Shown: positions 30,085 to 38,789 of the stretch, piece after piece
How positions within the stretch are numbered: position 1 is the first letter of the stretch
Layout: the number at the start of each line of letters is the position of its first letter
Virus record (IMG/VR): IMGVR_UViG_3300027708_000036
Direction: 5' to 3' (one strand)
Length of the DNA stretch: 64,000 nt
Source: an uncultured virus (IMG/VR IMGVR_UViG_3300027708_000036)
Taxonomy: Duplodnaviria > Heunggongvirae > Uroviricota > Caudoviricetes
The notes under the pieces: generated by a model
The model's input: the letters and a program-made list of their open reading frames with translations, nothing else
What the model was told of the DNA's origin: nothing
Databases searched by the model: none
Made by a program: the position numbers and the translations under genes

Positions 30085-30462
30085 ATGGAATTAGAACAAA
30101 TCAAAGACAAGTTAAGTGCTGGCGAAGCCAAAGGTGCGCTGATTGAAAAGGTAACATTTGCAGTATTGCCCATCATGTTTGCCTGTGTGGTGTACTTGAT
30201 GAATGCGCTGAGTCATGTTAATACACAGTTGACCATTCTTGAAAGCAAGATGCAGTTGGTGGTGACATCGGACAACAAACAAGCACCAAACATGGGTGCT
30301 GAACTGGCTCGTGAAAAACTGCGCCAAGACTTTATGCAAGCCAACACAGAAGCACTATCAAGAAGCGGTGCCAACAAAGCAGTACTGGACACATTAGTAT
30401 GGCGTGTGCAAGAGTTGGAAAAGTACAAAGAGAAACAAAGTAACAATGGTGGGAAGAAGTAA
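30085..30462 (+). CDS. hypothetical TM and coiled-coil protein
   Basis: 125 aa with one TM segment. Confidence 0.6.
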   Translation: MELEQIKDKLSAGEAKGALIEKVTFAVLPIMFACVVYLMNALSHVNTQLTILESKMQLVVTSDNKQAPNMGAELAREKLRQDFMQANTEALSRSGANKAVLDTLVWRVQELEKYKEKQSNNGGKK

Positions 30463-30466
30463 GTAA

Positions 30467-30898
30467 ATGCTCGATGGAGTTAAGACTGCTTCAACTACGC
30501 TAAAAGAAGCGCAGAAAATAGGTAAAGAACTTGGTTCTGTTGTTTCCGATCAACAAGCTGATATGGAAGCAACAATACAGAAAGAGCACAAGGCTCGTGT
30601 TACAGCAAAGTTATCTGAAGCTGCTCGCAAAGCATCACTAGAAGTTAAAGCAGTTGAGAAATTTGAATCTAAGTATAAACATGAACAAGAACTTGCTAAA
30701 TTAAAAGCTGACACGATTCGTAAGTACGGGAAAGATGCTTGGGTTAAAGTTGAAGCAGAAAAGGCTCTTATTGAAAAAGAGCGACAAGCAGAATTAACTG
30801 CTATGGATATTGATCGACATAAACAACTTGATGTTCTTTGTTGGTGTATGACTGTAGCAGCATTAATAACCTATTTTTTAAAATTGTATAAAATATGA
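30467..30898 (+). CDS. hypothetical protein with a C-terminal TM helix
   Basis: 143 aa. Confidence 0.6.
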   Translation: MLDGVKTASTTLKEAQKIGKELGSVVSDQQADMEATIQKEHKARVTAKLSEAARKASLEVKAVEKFESKYKHEQELAKLKADTIRKYGKDAWVKVEAEKALIEKERQAELTAMDIDRHKQLDVLCWCMTVAALITYFLKLYKI

Positions 30899-30992
30899 GA
30901 CTAGCGCAATTCGTTTTAATTATAACTCTTGTAGTTACTACATTTTTAATATGGTTAGAACACCAAGTTAAGATGATACACTAAAGAATAAT

Positions 30993-31268
30993 ATGAAAAC
31001 AATAGGATTATTACTGCTTAGTTTTTCAATGTACGCAAATGCTCAAGCATTTAAATATAACTATGAAATCACATGTGGTCCAGTCATGCCAATAATACAA
31101 TTTCTTTCTGAGACTCAACAAGAAAAATTAACATGGACAGGTTTAGATATATCAGATGGTTCAGTATATTCTTTGTGGGAAGACAAAGAAGGTAATTGGA
31201 CACTACTTAAGAAAAATTCACAAATTGCTTGTATCATAGGTTCTGGCACAAAAACAAAGGTTATATGA
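30993..31268 (+). CDS. exported hypothetical protein
   Basis: Signal peptide ending ANA/AQA, two Cys. Confidence 0.6.
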   Translation: MKTIGLLLLSFSMYANAQAFKYNYEITCGPVMPIIQFLSETQQEKLTWTGLDISDGSVYSLWEDKEGNWTLLKKNSQIACIIGSGTKTKVI

Positions 31269-32026
31269 AAAAACTCTTACTATTACTACTATGTTCTTTA
31301 AATTTTAGTTTATTAGCGAATCCGATTGATGCATCTTGCCCTCAACACGTAGTTTGGGGTGCTCCACAGGTAGCAGTTGAGGGTAATAACCAGTACCTAT
31401 GTCGTACTGGTTATGCCGTTAATTACAACTACCAGACCAAAGTTGCGTATTTCGTAGCTGAAGTTATCAAACCAGAATTGCTAGTGACTAAGGCAGTTTC
31501 TCGTAAAGATGACTTCCGTGAAGATCAAGAGATACCAGCACAATTCCGTGTAACATTAAAAGAGTATGTAGGTTCAGGACTGGATCGTGGTCACATGGCA
31601 CCTGCAGCAAACTTTACTTATGATGCAAATGTTATGAGTGAGAGTTTTTTGCTCTCAAACATGATGCCACAAAGTCCAGGAAACAATCGTGGGATTTGGA
31701 AGTATCTAGAAGAGAATACTCGCTATTGGGCATCCAAGTATGGTCACTTAAATGTAATTACAGGTACGATTTTTGATGTCAATTCTCAAACAATGGGTAA
31801 TGGTACAAAAGTTCCATCATTCATTTATAAGATTGTTATTGATCCAAGACGCAATGCAGCAATTGCGTTTGTGTTTCCGAATGCTAAGTTAGATCCAAAA
31901 GAAATAGAAAACTATGTTGTACCTATTTCAGACATAGAAAAATATACTGGAATAAACTTCTCTCCTATGATTCCAGCAAACTTAAAATCATTAGAAACAA
32001 CTAAAGGTAACTATAAGGATTGGTAA
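31265..32026 (+). CDS. exported DNA/RNA non-specific endonuclease (NucA/EndoG family)
   Basis: Signal peptide; DRGHMAPAA, ESFLLSNMMPQ, NRGIWKYLE. Confidence 0.92.
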   Translation: MKKLLLLLLCSLNFSLLANPIDASCPQHVVWGAPQVAVEGNNQYLCRTGYAVNYNYQTKVAYFVAEVIKPELLVTKAVSRKDDFREDQEIPAQFRVTLKEYVGSGLDRGHMAPAANFTYDANVMSESFLLSNMMPQSPGNNRGIWKYLEENTRYWASKYGHLNVITGTIFDVNSQTMGNGTKVPSFIYKIVIDPRRNAAIAFVFPNAKLDPKEIENYVVPISDIEKYTGINFSPMIPANLKSLETTKGNYKDW

Positions 32027-32027
32027 G

Positions 32028-32612
32028 ATGGCACTCATAGATTCAGTATTAAACATGGTCAGCAGGACACCAAAAGATCCTGACGCACCAAAGCCACCAG
32101 CTGGTTCTCGTTCAGAGCGTGAAGCAAAGATCAAAGACAAAGCAGGTATGGTCATCAATGTGTTTGCATTGCTATTGGCAGTGAATGCATATTTCGGTGG
32201 AACATACTCAAGCACTATTCTTGGTAACACTATCAAGGCAGGTAGCGAGTGGAGTTTCTATCAAGCGAAGAGCATCAAGAAAACTGCAGCAGAGTATGCA
32301 TTACATGATGCAGTTAAATCTGGTGATACAAAGTATGCAGAAGAATTGAAAAAGAAAATTGATCGTTATGAAAACGAACCAAAAGACGGCATGAAGGATA
32401 TTCGTGCTCGTGCTGAGAAGTTAGAAGCAGACAGAGACGCTGCAAAACTTCGTAGTCCATGGATGAGTTATGCTTCAACTGCATACCAGTTAGCAATCGT
32501 ATTACTATCAGCATCTATCCTTGCTGTTAGCATGCCGTTGTTTTGGGGTAGTTTTGGTGTATGCGCCATTGGTATTGTATTAATGTCACAGGGCTTATTG
32601 CTCTGGTTCTAG
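32028..32612 (+). CDS. DUF4337-like membrane protein
   Basis: WSFYQAKSIK motif, AYQLAIVLLSASIL, three TM helices. Confidence 0.65.
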   Translation: MALIDSVLNMVSRTPKDPDAPKPPAGSRSEREAKIKDKAGMVINVFALLLAVNAYFGGTYSSTILGNTIKAGSEWSFYQAKSIKKTAAEYALHDAVKSGDTKYAEELKKKIDRYENEPKDGMKDIRARAEKLEADRDAAKLRSPWMSYASTAYQLAIVLLSASILAVSMPLFWGSFGVCAIGIVLMSQGLLLWF

Positions 32613-32621
32613 GAGAAAAAG

Positions 32622-33047
32622 ATGGCAGAAGTTAAAAAAGACGAAGACTGGATGCAAAAGAAATGGCGTCCAGCCATGGGTTGGATGTACATGTTAGTCT
32701 GTATGATGGACATGGTTGTGTTCCCAGTTTTGTGGTCTATACTACAAGCAGTTACTCATACTCCAATCACTCAGTGGAATCCATTAACACTGCAAGGTGC
32801 TGGTTTATTTCACTTAGCAATGGGTGCAGTATTAGGTATCGCAGCATTTGGTAGAACTCAAGAGAAAATTGCAGGAAGCGCAACAAATGCACCAACACCA
32901 GCCTTACCAGCAAGCGTGCCAACAGCACCTAGCATGCCTGCACCAGTACCAATGGCTCCAAGACCAGTACCAATGGCACCACCTCCAGCACCATCAATGG
33001 ACTTATTGCCAGACGATCCACCGACACGCAACACTCGTAACGACTGA
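32622..33047 (+). CDS. holin-like membrane protein (GTA 3TM holin-like)
   Basis: WRPAMGW...LGIAAFGRTQEK with a Pro-rich tail. Confidence 0.6.
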   Translation: MAEVKKDEDWMQKKWRPAMGWMYMLVCMMDMVVFPVLWSILQAVTHTPITQWNPLTLQGAGLFHLAMGAVLGIAAFGRTQEKIAGSATNAPTPALPASVPTAPSMPAPVPMAPRPVPMAPPPAPSMDLLPDDPPTRNTRND

Positions 33048-33826
33048 TGAACTATCGCACGATATTCATAAGTGATGTTCACTTAGGTACTCGTGATTGT
33101 CAAGCAGATAAGTTAAATAACTTTTTGAAACATAACACCTGCGAGACTTTATATCTCGTGGGTGATATAATTGATGCTTGGAAGATCCAACAGAACAAGT
33201 GGCGATGGAAACAAAGCCACACTAATGTTGTCCGCAGAATACTTGGTCATGCCAAGAGAGGAACGAGAGTTGTTTATGTTGCAGGTAATCATGATGAATT
33301 CTTAAGACCGATGATCCCATATGGATTCTCTTTCGGTCTGATTGAAATAAAAAATCAAACAGAACATATCGGTGTAGATGGTAAACACTATCTTATAACT
33401 CATGGTGATTTATTTGATGGTATTACAAGACTGGCTCCATGGCTTGCATTTCTTGGTGATAAACTCTATGACTTAGTTCTTGATTGGAACTCTCGTTTCA
33501 ACTGGATTCGTCACAAACTAGGGTTTGGATACTGGTCACTGTCTAAATACCTAAAGCATAAAGTAAAGAAAGCATCTGACTTTATGTTTCAATTTGAACG
33601 TAATCTTGCAGGCTATTGCAAGAAACGAGGTTACGATGGAGTCATCTGTGGGCATATTCATCACGCTGAAATAAAAGATATTGATGGTATAATCTACATG
33701 AATGATGGAGATTGGGTTGAATCCTGCACTGCTTTGGTCGAGCATCATAACGGTAAGTGGGAAATTATTACATGGACTAAAGAGAATGACAAAGAAGATA
33801 CTGATAGTAACAGACAACCTACCTGA
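33047..33826 (+). CDS. LpxH/PlcP-like metallophosphoesterase
   Basis: ISDVHLG, LVGDIIDAW, GNHDE, HGDLFD, CGHIH, NDGDWVESCTAL. Confidence 0.88.
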   Translation: MNYRTIFISDVHLGTRDCQADKLNNFLKHNTCETLYLVGDIIDAWKIQQNKWRWKQSHTNVVRRILGHAKRGTRVVYVAGNHDEFLRPMIPYGFSFGLIEIKNQTEHIGVDGKHYLITHGDLFDGITRLAPWLAFLGDKLYDLVLDWNSRFNWIRHKLGFGYWSLSKYLKHKVKKASDFMFQFERNLAGYCKKRGYDGVICGHIHHAEIKDIDGIIYMNDGDWVESCTALVEHHNGKWEIITWTKENDKEDTDSNRQPT

Positions 33827-34778
33827 TCAAATCAATGGTGTCGTTACCACTTACAAAAATATTGAAGCATGTGCGATTCGGGATGGTTATACTGTTGATT
33901 ATCTTGATCCCAGCAGGTTCCGCTATTTTGATTGCCCTCCCTACAACGAAGTCAAGATTACCATTCCGTGGCAGGTGGGCAAGAAGATTGAGGAGATCAA
34001 TCCAGATTATATCCACATCGCCACCGAAGGTACTTTGGGTTTGTGGGCTAGAGCATATCTTTCAAAATGTGGTATTAGCCACAATACTGCTTATCATACT
34101 AAGTTTCCTGAGGGACTTAAAACCCTATTTGGCATTCCTGAGTGGATAACATGGAGATTTGTTCGCTGGTTTCATAAACATAGTGGTAAGGTATTAACAA
34201 CCACTGAGACAATGGTGAAAGATCTTAAAGCACATGGGTTTGGTGGAGAAGTTATTCCATGGACTCGTGGTGTTGATAGAGAAATATTTAATCCATCGCA
34301 CAGAAACGACAATATCAATGGTAAATATTTGCTCTGTGTTTCTCGTGTTAGCAAAGAAAAGAATCTTGAAGAATTTTTTAAATTAGATTATCCTGGATAC
34401 TACAAAGTTATGGTTGGTGATGGACCAATGCTTGAAACATACAAGAAACAGTATCCTGAGGTAATCTTTACTGGATTTAAGACTGGTGTTGATTTAGCCA
34501 AATGGTATGCAAATGCTGAAGTGTTTGTATTTCCTAGTCAATGGGAAACATTTGGTATTGTAATGATCGAAGCGATGGCTTGTGGTACTCCAGTTGCAGC
34601 ATTCCCATGCGATGGACCATTAGATGTTATTGATCAAGCAGAAACTGGATTCATGAATGACAATCTTAGCGATGCAATTGATGGTTGTTTACAGTTAAAT
34701 AGGGATAGAGTGTTAAGGGGTAGCCAGCGATGGAGTTGGGAAAATGCTTGGAAAATCTTCAAAAATAACCTAACTTAG
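33786..34778 (+). CDS. GT4 family glycosyltransferase (Agt-like)
   Basis: QINGVVTT, IHIATEG, AYHTKFPE, RGVD, SRVSKEKN, ETFGIVMIEAMACGTPV. Confidence 0.9.
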   Translation: MTKKILIVTDNLPDQINGVVTTYKNIEACAIRDGYTVDYLDPSRFRYFDCPPYNEVKITIPWQVGKKIEEINPDYIHIATEGTLGLWARAYLSKCGISHNTAYHTKFPEGLKTLFGIPEWITWRFVRWFHKHSGKVLTTTETMVKDLKAHGFGGEVIPWTRGVDREIFNPSHRNDNINGKYLLCVSRVSKEKNLEEFFKLDYPGYYKVMVGDGPMLETYKKQYPEVIFTGFKTGVDLAKWYANAEVFVFPSQWETFGIVMIEAMACGTPVAAFPCDGPLDVIDQAETGFMNDNLSDAIDGCLQLNRDRVLRGSQRWSWENAWKIFKNNLT

Positions 34779-34780
34779 GG

Positions 34781-34805
34781 ATAACCCCACGATCTGTAGG
34801 GTTAT
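34781..34805 (+). repeat. recurrent palindrome ATAACCCYAC-N5-GTAGGGTTAT (other copies near 10655, 43478, 52019, 52317, 52666)
   Basis: Six related inverted repeats read directly from the sequence, each upstream of a sigma70-type promoter. Confidence 0.8.
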
Positions 34806-34815
34806 TAACCCCCCT

Positions 34816-34842
34816 AAACCCCTGTAGATACAGGGGTTTTTT
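34816..34842 (+). terminator. intrinsic terminator
   Basis: AAACCCCTGTA-GA-TACAGGGGTTTTTT. Confidence 0.85.
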
Positions 34843-34857
34843 ATTGCCAAAAAGTGC

Positions 34858-34886
34858 TTGTCTTTAATTGCATATTGCTGTATAAT
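34858..34886 (+). promoter_or_regulatory. sigma70-type early promoter
   Basis: TTGTCT-TTAATT...-TATAAT with a 17 nt spacer. Confidence 0.75.
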
Positions 34887-34916
34887 AGTTGTATGAAAAT
34901 TGAAAAGGAACTGAAA

Positions 34917-35174
34917 ATGAAGCAATTAAATGCCTACATCGCTAAGAAAAACCAATGGAATGCTATCTTCAAAAGCACTCGATATTGTTTAGACACTCAT
35001 GCTGATCGTCAGCGTGTTGCAGATTGTATTGACTCTGATTTGAGTCCTGAGAATTTGACTTGCGATGGTGAACTTCCACGAAGTGTGGTTAACGCAAAAT
35101 ACAAAGAGTTGGTCTATGCTGCAAGTCAACTCAAGAAGTTGGATCCAGCAGTAAAATTTTATGAATTTGAGTAA
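34917..35174 (+). CDS. hypothetical early protein (alternative in-frame start at 34893)
   Basis: DLSPENLTCDGEL motif; AAAGGA SD. Confidence 0.7.
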   Translation: MKQLNAYIAKKNQWNAIFKSTRYCLDTHADRQRVADCIDSDLSPENLTCDGELPRSVVNAKYKELVYAASQLKKLDPAVKFYEFE

Positions 35175-35183
35175 GGATAGATT

Positions 35184-35393
35184 ATGAAATATCGTGTAAT
35201 TGTGAATGGTGTATCTTTTTATACATCAGGTGCAGCTATCAAGCGTGGTGTTGGTGATTCAGTTGGTGTGAATACAGTTGTTCGTCAGTTGTTTGAAAAT
35301 ATGTTTAATGCAATCGGTATTGCATCAACGATGACAGTGTATGACCACAAGATGAATCGTGTTTCTTATGATGTTCAAATTTCAAAGGTATAA
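35184..35393 (+). CDS. hypothetical protein
   Basis: AAGGA SD, 69 aa. Confidence 0.6.
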   Translation: MKYRVIVNGVSFYTSGAAIKRGVGDSVGVNTVVRQLFENMFNAIGIASTMTVYDHKMNRVSYDVQISKV

Positions 35394-35395
35394 TT

Positions 35396-35611
35396 ATGAG
35401 TAAAATGGCAGAATTAGCAATGGAAATTGATGACTTAATTGAACAAGGTATGTCTGCTAAGTTTATCGCAATTAAACTTAACATTCCAATTCAAATGGTA
35501 CAAGACGCATTTGAACAGCGTGAGAATTTAGAAATTGAAAAACAGTACGAGTTCTTGTCTTATGCAGATGAAATGGCAAACGATGATGCTCAATATTATG
35601 GAGAAGCATAA
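35396..35611 (+). CDS. hypothetical protein (possible HTH)
   Basis: GMSAKFIAIKLNIPIQMV is HTH-like. Confidence 0.55.
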   Translation: MSKMAELAMEIDDLIEQGMSAKFIAIKLNIPIQMVQDAFEQRENLEIEKQYEFLSYADEMANDDAQYYGEA

Positions 35612-35865
35612 TGAATATGATTATTGAAGAAAAGAATACAGTTGAGTATAAAGGCGAGATATTTGATCGCACTCATGGTAGTCCTTTTGATCGTGGTGCT
35701 GCTGATAGTTACTATCATCGTCCACCAAATCCTCATTGGTATCCAGAAGGCACTTACAATGGTGATCGTGTAGAAGCAAAAGATATGCATGGGATTCAAT
35801 TGCGTGCATATGCTATGGGTTATGAATTCAACGAACGATTCGGTGATAAAAAGAATTGGGATTAA
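35611..35865 (+). CDS. hypothetical protein
   Basis: HGSPFDRGAADSYY motif. Confidence 0.65.
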   Translation: MNMIIEEKNTVEYKGEIFDRTHGSPFDRGAADSYYHRPPNPHWYPEGTYNGDRVEAKDMHGIQLRAYAMGYEFNERFGDKKNWD

Positions 35866-35986
35866 AAACCCCATCGGTCTTACTGGAGGGATATCCGTGG
35901 CAGACCTTAAACAGCCAAAACAGCAGTCTATTTTTGCTGGTTACAGACTATAAAGAAAAACCAGCACTAATTTTTGAAAGGTGATT

Positions 35987-36286
35987 ATGAATAAATTTGC
36001 AGTGAATAGAATGAAAACAGCACGACAGGAAGAAATCATGCTTATCTGTCAAGAAGAGTGTGCTGAAGTTGCGCAAGCAATAAGTAAGGTGTTCCGATTC
36101 GGAGTTGATGGTGAGCACTTGGGTGCTACGAATCGTGAACGACTCGAAGAAGAAATTGGTGATTTGCTTTGCATGATCGAGATGCTGACTGAAGAAGAAA
36201 TCATCGATGCCAGTGCAGTTGCAAGAGCAGCACAAGCCAAGCGAGCAAAGTTAGCCAAGTGGTCGAACATTAAGGAAGTTGCATGA
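35987..36286 (+). CDS. MazG-like NTP pyrophosphohydrolase
   Basis: QEECAEVAQAISK...LEEEIGDL (ExxE...ExxD). Confidence 0.78.
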   Translation: MNKFAVNRMKTARQEEIMLICQEECAEVAQAISKVFRFGVDGEHLGATNRERLEEEIGDLLCMIEMLTEEEIIDASAVARAAQAKRAKLAKWSNIKEVA

Positions 36287-36504
36287 TTCAGATTAATAAC
36301 CTAACCGAGTATCAAGTTGAGATGTTAGACCATATGTGGTCTTTGGACTCAGTGGAAGAATACGAGGAATGGTATAATCTATTAGATGACGAAGACCAGC
36401 AACTTGCAGATAGTCTGCAACAAATGATTATTCTCGCAGAGATGGATAATCTGATGGACGACTGCAAAGATGCGAAAGAACTATTAAAGAAATTTGCCTT
36501 GTAA
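36283..36504 (+). CDS. hypothetical acidic protein
   Basis: 73 aa, coupled to the upstream gene. Confidence 0.6.
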   Translation: MIQINNLTEYQVEMLDHMWSLDSVEEYEEWYNLLDDEDQQLADSLQQMIILAEMDNLMDDCKDAKELLKKFAL

Positions 36505-36528
36505 GAGAAAGACATGTATAATAAACGA

Positions 36529-36651
36529 ATGAAACCTAGAAATCCTATTGCAAAGGATGTTCGTACTCCCAAATACCGCATGCGTGTAGTTGAGAGTAAG
36601 GTTCAGTACATTCGTCAACCTAAGCACAAGAAGGACATATATGAGTCTTAA
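36529..36651 (+). CDS. small basic ArfA-like protein (leaderless; not in the ORF track)
   Basis: MKPRNPIAKDVRTPKYRMRVVESKVQYIRQPKHKKDIYES*; promoter TTGCCT-17-TATAAT at 36494-36522. Confidence 0.6.
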   Translation: MKPRNPIAKDVRTPKYRMRVVESKVQYIRQPKHKKDIYES

Positions 36652-36889
36652 TTACGAAGCAGAATTTTATCGTGCAGGTCTACTAAAGACTGTAAAGATA
36701 AAAGAGCACAAGTACGATCTGGTAGAATTTACAATCACCAGTAAACTTACCGATGAAGAAACAGGTAAAGTTATCCTTGATAGTGGACATACAGCCTTCT
36801 TCAGCAACAAAGAGTTCAAGGAATTCTTTGGTCCAATTTTTAATGAGATGAAAGTGAGATTAGATAATGCAGACAGTATTCAGCAATGA
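36641..36889 (+). CDS. hypothetical protein
   Basis: AAGGA SD before ATG 36641. Confidence 0.6.
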   Translation: MSLNYEAEFYRAGLLKTVKIKEHKYDLVEFTITSKLTDEETGKVILDSGHTAFFSNKEFKEFFGPIFNEMKVRLDNADSIQQ

Positions 36890-37172
36890 AAAAGAGTTTG
36901 AAGATTTTAAAAACTGGACTTTAGGACTATTACACGATGAAAATCTCAAGTCAGGTGTGTGTGTTACTTTTACCAAGAAAGATGGAAGTGAACGCAAAAT
37001 GCAGTGTACCCTCATCGAAAGCAAAATCCCAACAGACAAGCGTCCAAAGGGTACAAGCGAAAGTGAGAATACCAGCATTGTTGGATCCGCAGTTCGTGTC
37101 TTCGATACAGAAGTCGGAGAGTGGAGAAGTTTCCGTTGGGACTCAGTAACTAAAGTGGAGTTTGATTTATGA
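36867..37172 (+). CDS. WYL_2 / Sm-like SH3 beta-barrel protein
   Basis: VTFTKKDGSERKMQCT...VFD...WRSFRWDSV. Confidence 0.7.
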   Translation: MQTVFSNEKEFEDFKNWTLGLLHDENLKSGVCVTFTKKDGSERKMQCTLIESKIPTDKRPKGTSESENTSIVGSAVRVFDTEVGEWRSFRWDSVTKVEFDL

Positions 37173-37360
37173 AAATTTTAATTTTATTGGCAATCGTTAT
37201 TGCAGTGGCAATTATTATGCCAATTGCAACAATCTGGTCACTCAATGCATTATTCCCTGCATTGGCAATCCCATTGACATTTGATACATGGATGGCTACA
37301 TTGATTCTAAGTGGAATCGTTAGTGGCAGTTCTGGATTTACATATAGAGGTAACAAATGA
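37169..37360 (+). CDS. small membrane protein
   Basis: Two hydrophobic helices. Confidence 0.6.
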   Translation: MKILILLAIVIAVAIIMPIATIWSLNALFPALAIPLTFDTWMATLILSGIVSGSSGFTYRGNK

Positions 37361-37611
37361 ACTACGCATTGACACCCGAACAGAAGAAAGATTTACAAGG
37401 GGCTATTCAAGAGATTAGCAACTCAATGATTCGTACTGAAGCAGAACGAGATCTCATTCGAGAAATAGTTAAGGAACAATCTGATACATTGCAAATTCCT
37501 AAGAAAGTTATTTCAAAGATTGCAAAGACGTATCATAAACAGAATCTCGCACAGGAAGTTGCAGACCATGAGGACTTCGTGGAACTATACGAGAAAATCA
37601 CTGCAAAATAG
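37357..37611 (+). CDS. dsbA: T4 DsbA-like dsDNA-binding protein
   Basis: EISNSMIR.EAERD...KIAKTYHKQN...FVELYE; close to the RNase H gene as in T4. Confidence 0.7.
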   Translation: MNYALTPEQKKDLQGAIQEISNSMIRTEAERDLIREIVKEQSDTLQIPKKVISKIAKTYHKQNLAQEVADHEDFVELYEKITAK

Positions 37612-37614
37612 TGC

Positions 37615-37643
37615 TTGACATTAATTGCGAATTGCGGTATAAT
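37615..37643 (+). promoter_or_regulatory. sigma70-type promoter
   Basis: TTGACA-TTAATT...-TATAAT, 17 nt spacer. Confidence 0.85.
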
Positions 37644-37672
37644 AGATATTATATTATGGAGGTTACAAACCT

Positions 37673-38788
37673 ATGGCTGTGAATACTGCAAAACGACGTG
37701 CAAAGAATAATGCTATTCTGTTGTCACAAAAGAAGTTCGAACCAACAATCGACCAGATTGATTTTACAATCAGTCTGAGTCGTGCGTTGGGTTACTACTC
37801 AGTGCACACTGGGTCAAAAGAACAGAAAATGTTTACGATTGAGTTCTTCTCAAAGAAAGAACCCAAGATCGCTAAACAACTCAAGAAACTCCCCGATTTT
37901 CATTTCCAAACATTTGGATCACTATGTCGTCTCATGACTAATGAACAGACAGACTTAAAACAATTGTCTTCATACAGCCCATTCTTTACGAACAAGTTGA
38001 AACAATTGCTGGCTGATGCAACCAAATATGTCGAAGAAGTTGAGATTGTCAAAGCACCAACTAATGTGATCTCCATTCAAGAACGAATGGAAGACAAAGC
38101 CAGAGAACATGCTGGTGAGTTCGAGGGTGCGATTGATGAGTGGATCATTACACGTGGTAAGAGTAATTTCTCTGCCAAGAACTATCTGCTTGCCAATGAA
38201 GTTGGTGCACCCATCGCTAAACGAATCGGTGAATTGTTTGTAGGCACTGCACAAGAATTGCGTGAAGCACTTGATGGTGATGATGAACAACTCACAGAGG
38301 GTTACTCATACCTAACACGTAGAGAACTAAAGAAGTTTGTCGAGTTCGTAGAGACTATCATTGCAGACTGCCAACAACAAGTGCAGACTGCTAAAGCGAA
38401 TCGTGCACCACGTAAACGCAAACCACAACCACCAAGTAAAGTGGTTGCCAAGATGAAGTACATGAAAGACTTTGCAGAGTTTAATCTCAAGTCAATCAAG
38501 CCAGAGACGATTGTTGGATCGTCTGAGGTATGGGTATACAATACCAAATATCGTAAGGTAACTGTTTACAAAGCCATCAACGATGTGCTGACAGTTAAGG
38601 GTACTACAATTATCGGATTCGATGTGAAAGAATCCAAGACGCTGATGTTGCGCAAACCAGATGTATTCTTTAAGGGACTAACACTTGGTAAGCGACCATT
38701 GAATAACGCAATGAAGACATTGACCACGAAGCCAACTGTGCCAAATGGTCGTGTCAATGAAGAATGTATTTTGCTGGGAGCATTTTAA
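37673..38788 (+). CDS. conserved T4-like phage hypothetical protein
   Basis: QLTEGYSYL, WVYNTKYRK, VKGTTIIGFD, NGRVNE; GGAGG SD. Confidence 0.75.
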   Translation: MAVNTAKRRAKNNAILLSQKKFEPTIDQIDFTISLSRALGYYSVHTGSKEQKMFTIEFFSKKEPKIAKQLKKLPDFHFQTFGSLCRLMTNEQTDLKQLSSYSPFFTNKLKQLLADATKYVEEVEIVKAPTNVISIQERMEDKAREHAGEFEGAIDEWIITRGKSNFSAKNYLLANEVGAPIAKRIGELFVGTAQELREALDGDDEQLTEGYSYLTRRELKKFVEFVETIIADCQQQVQTAKANRAPRKRKPQPPSKVVAKMKYMKDFAEFNLKSIKPETIVGSSEVWVYNTKYRKVTVYKAINDVLTVKGTTIIGFDVKESKTLMLRKPDVFFKGLTLGKRPLNNAMKTLTTKPTVPNGRVNEECILLGAF

Positions 38789-38789
38789 T

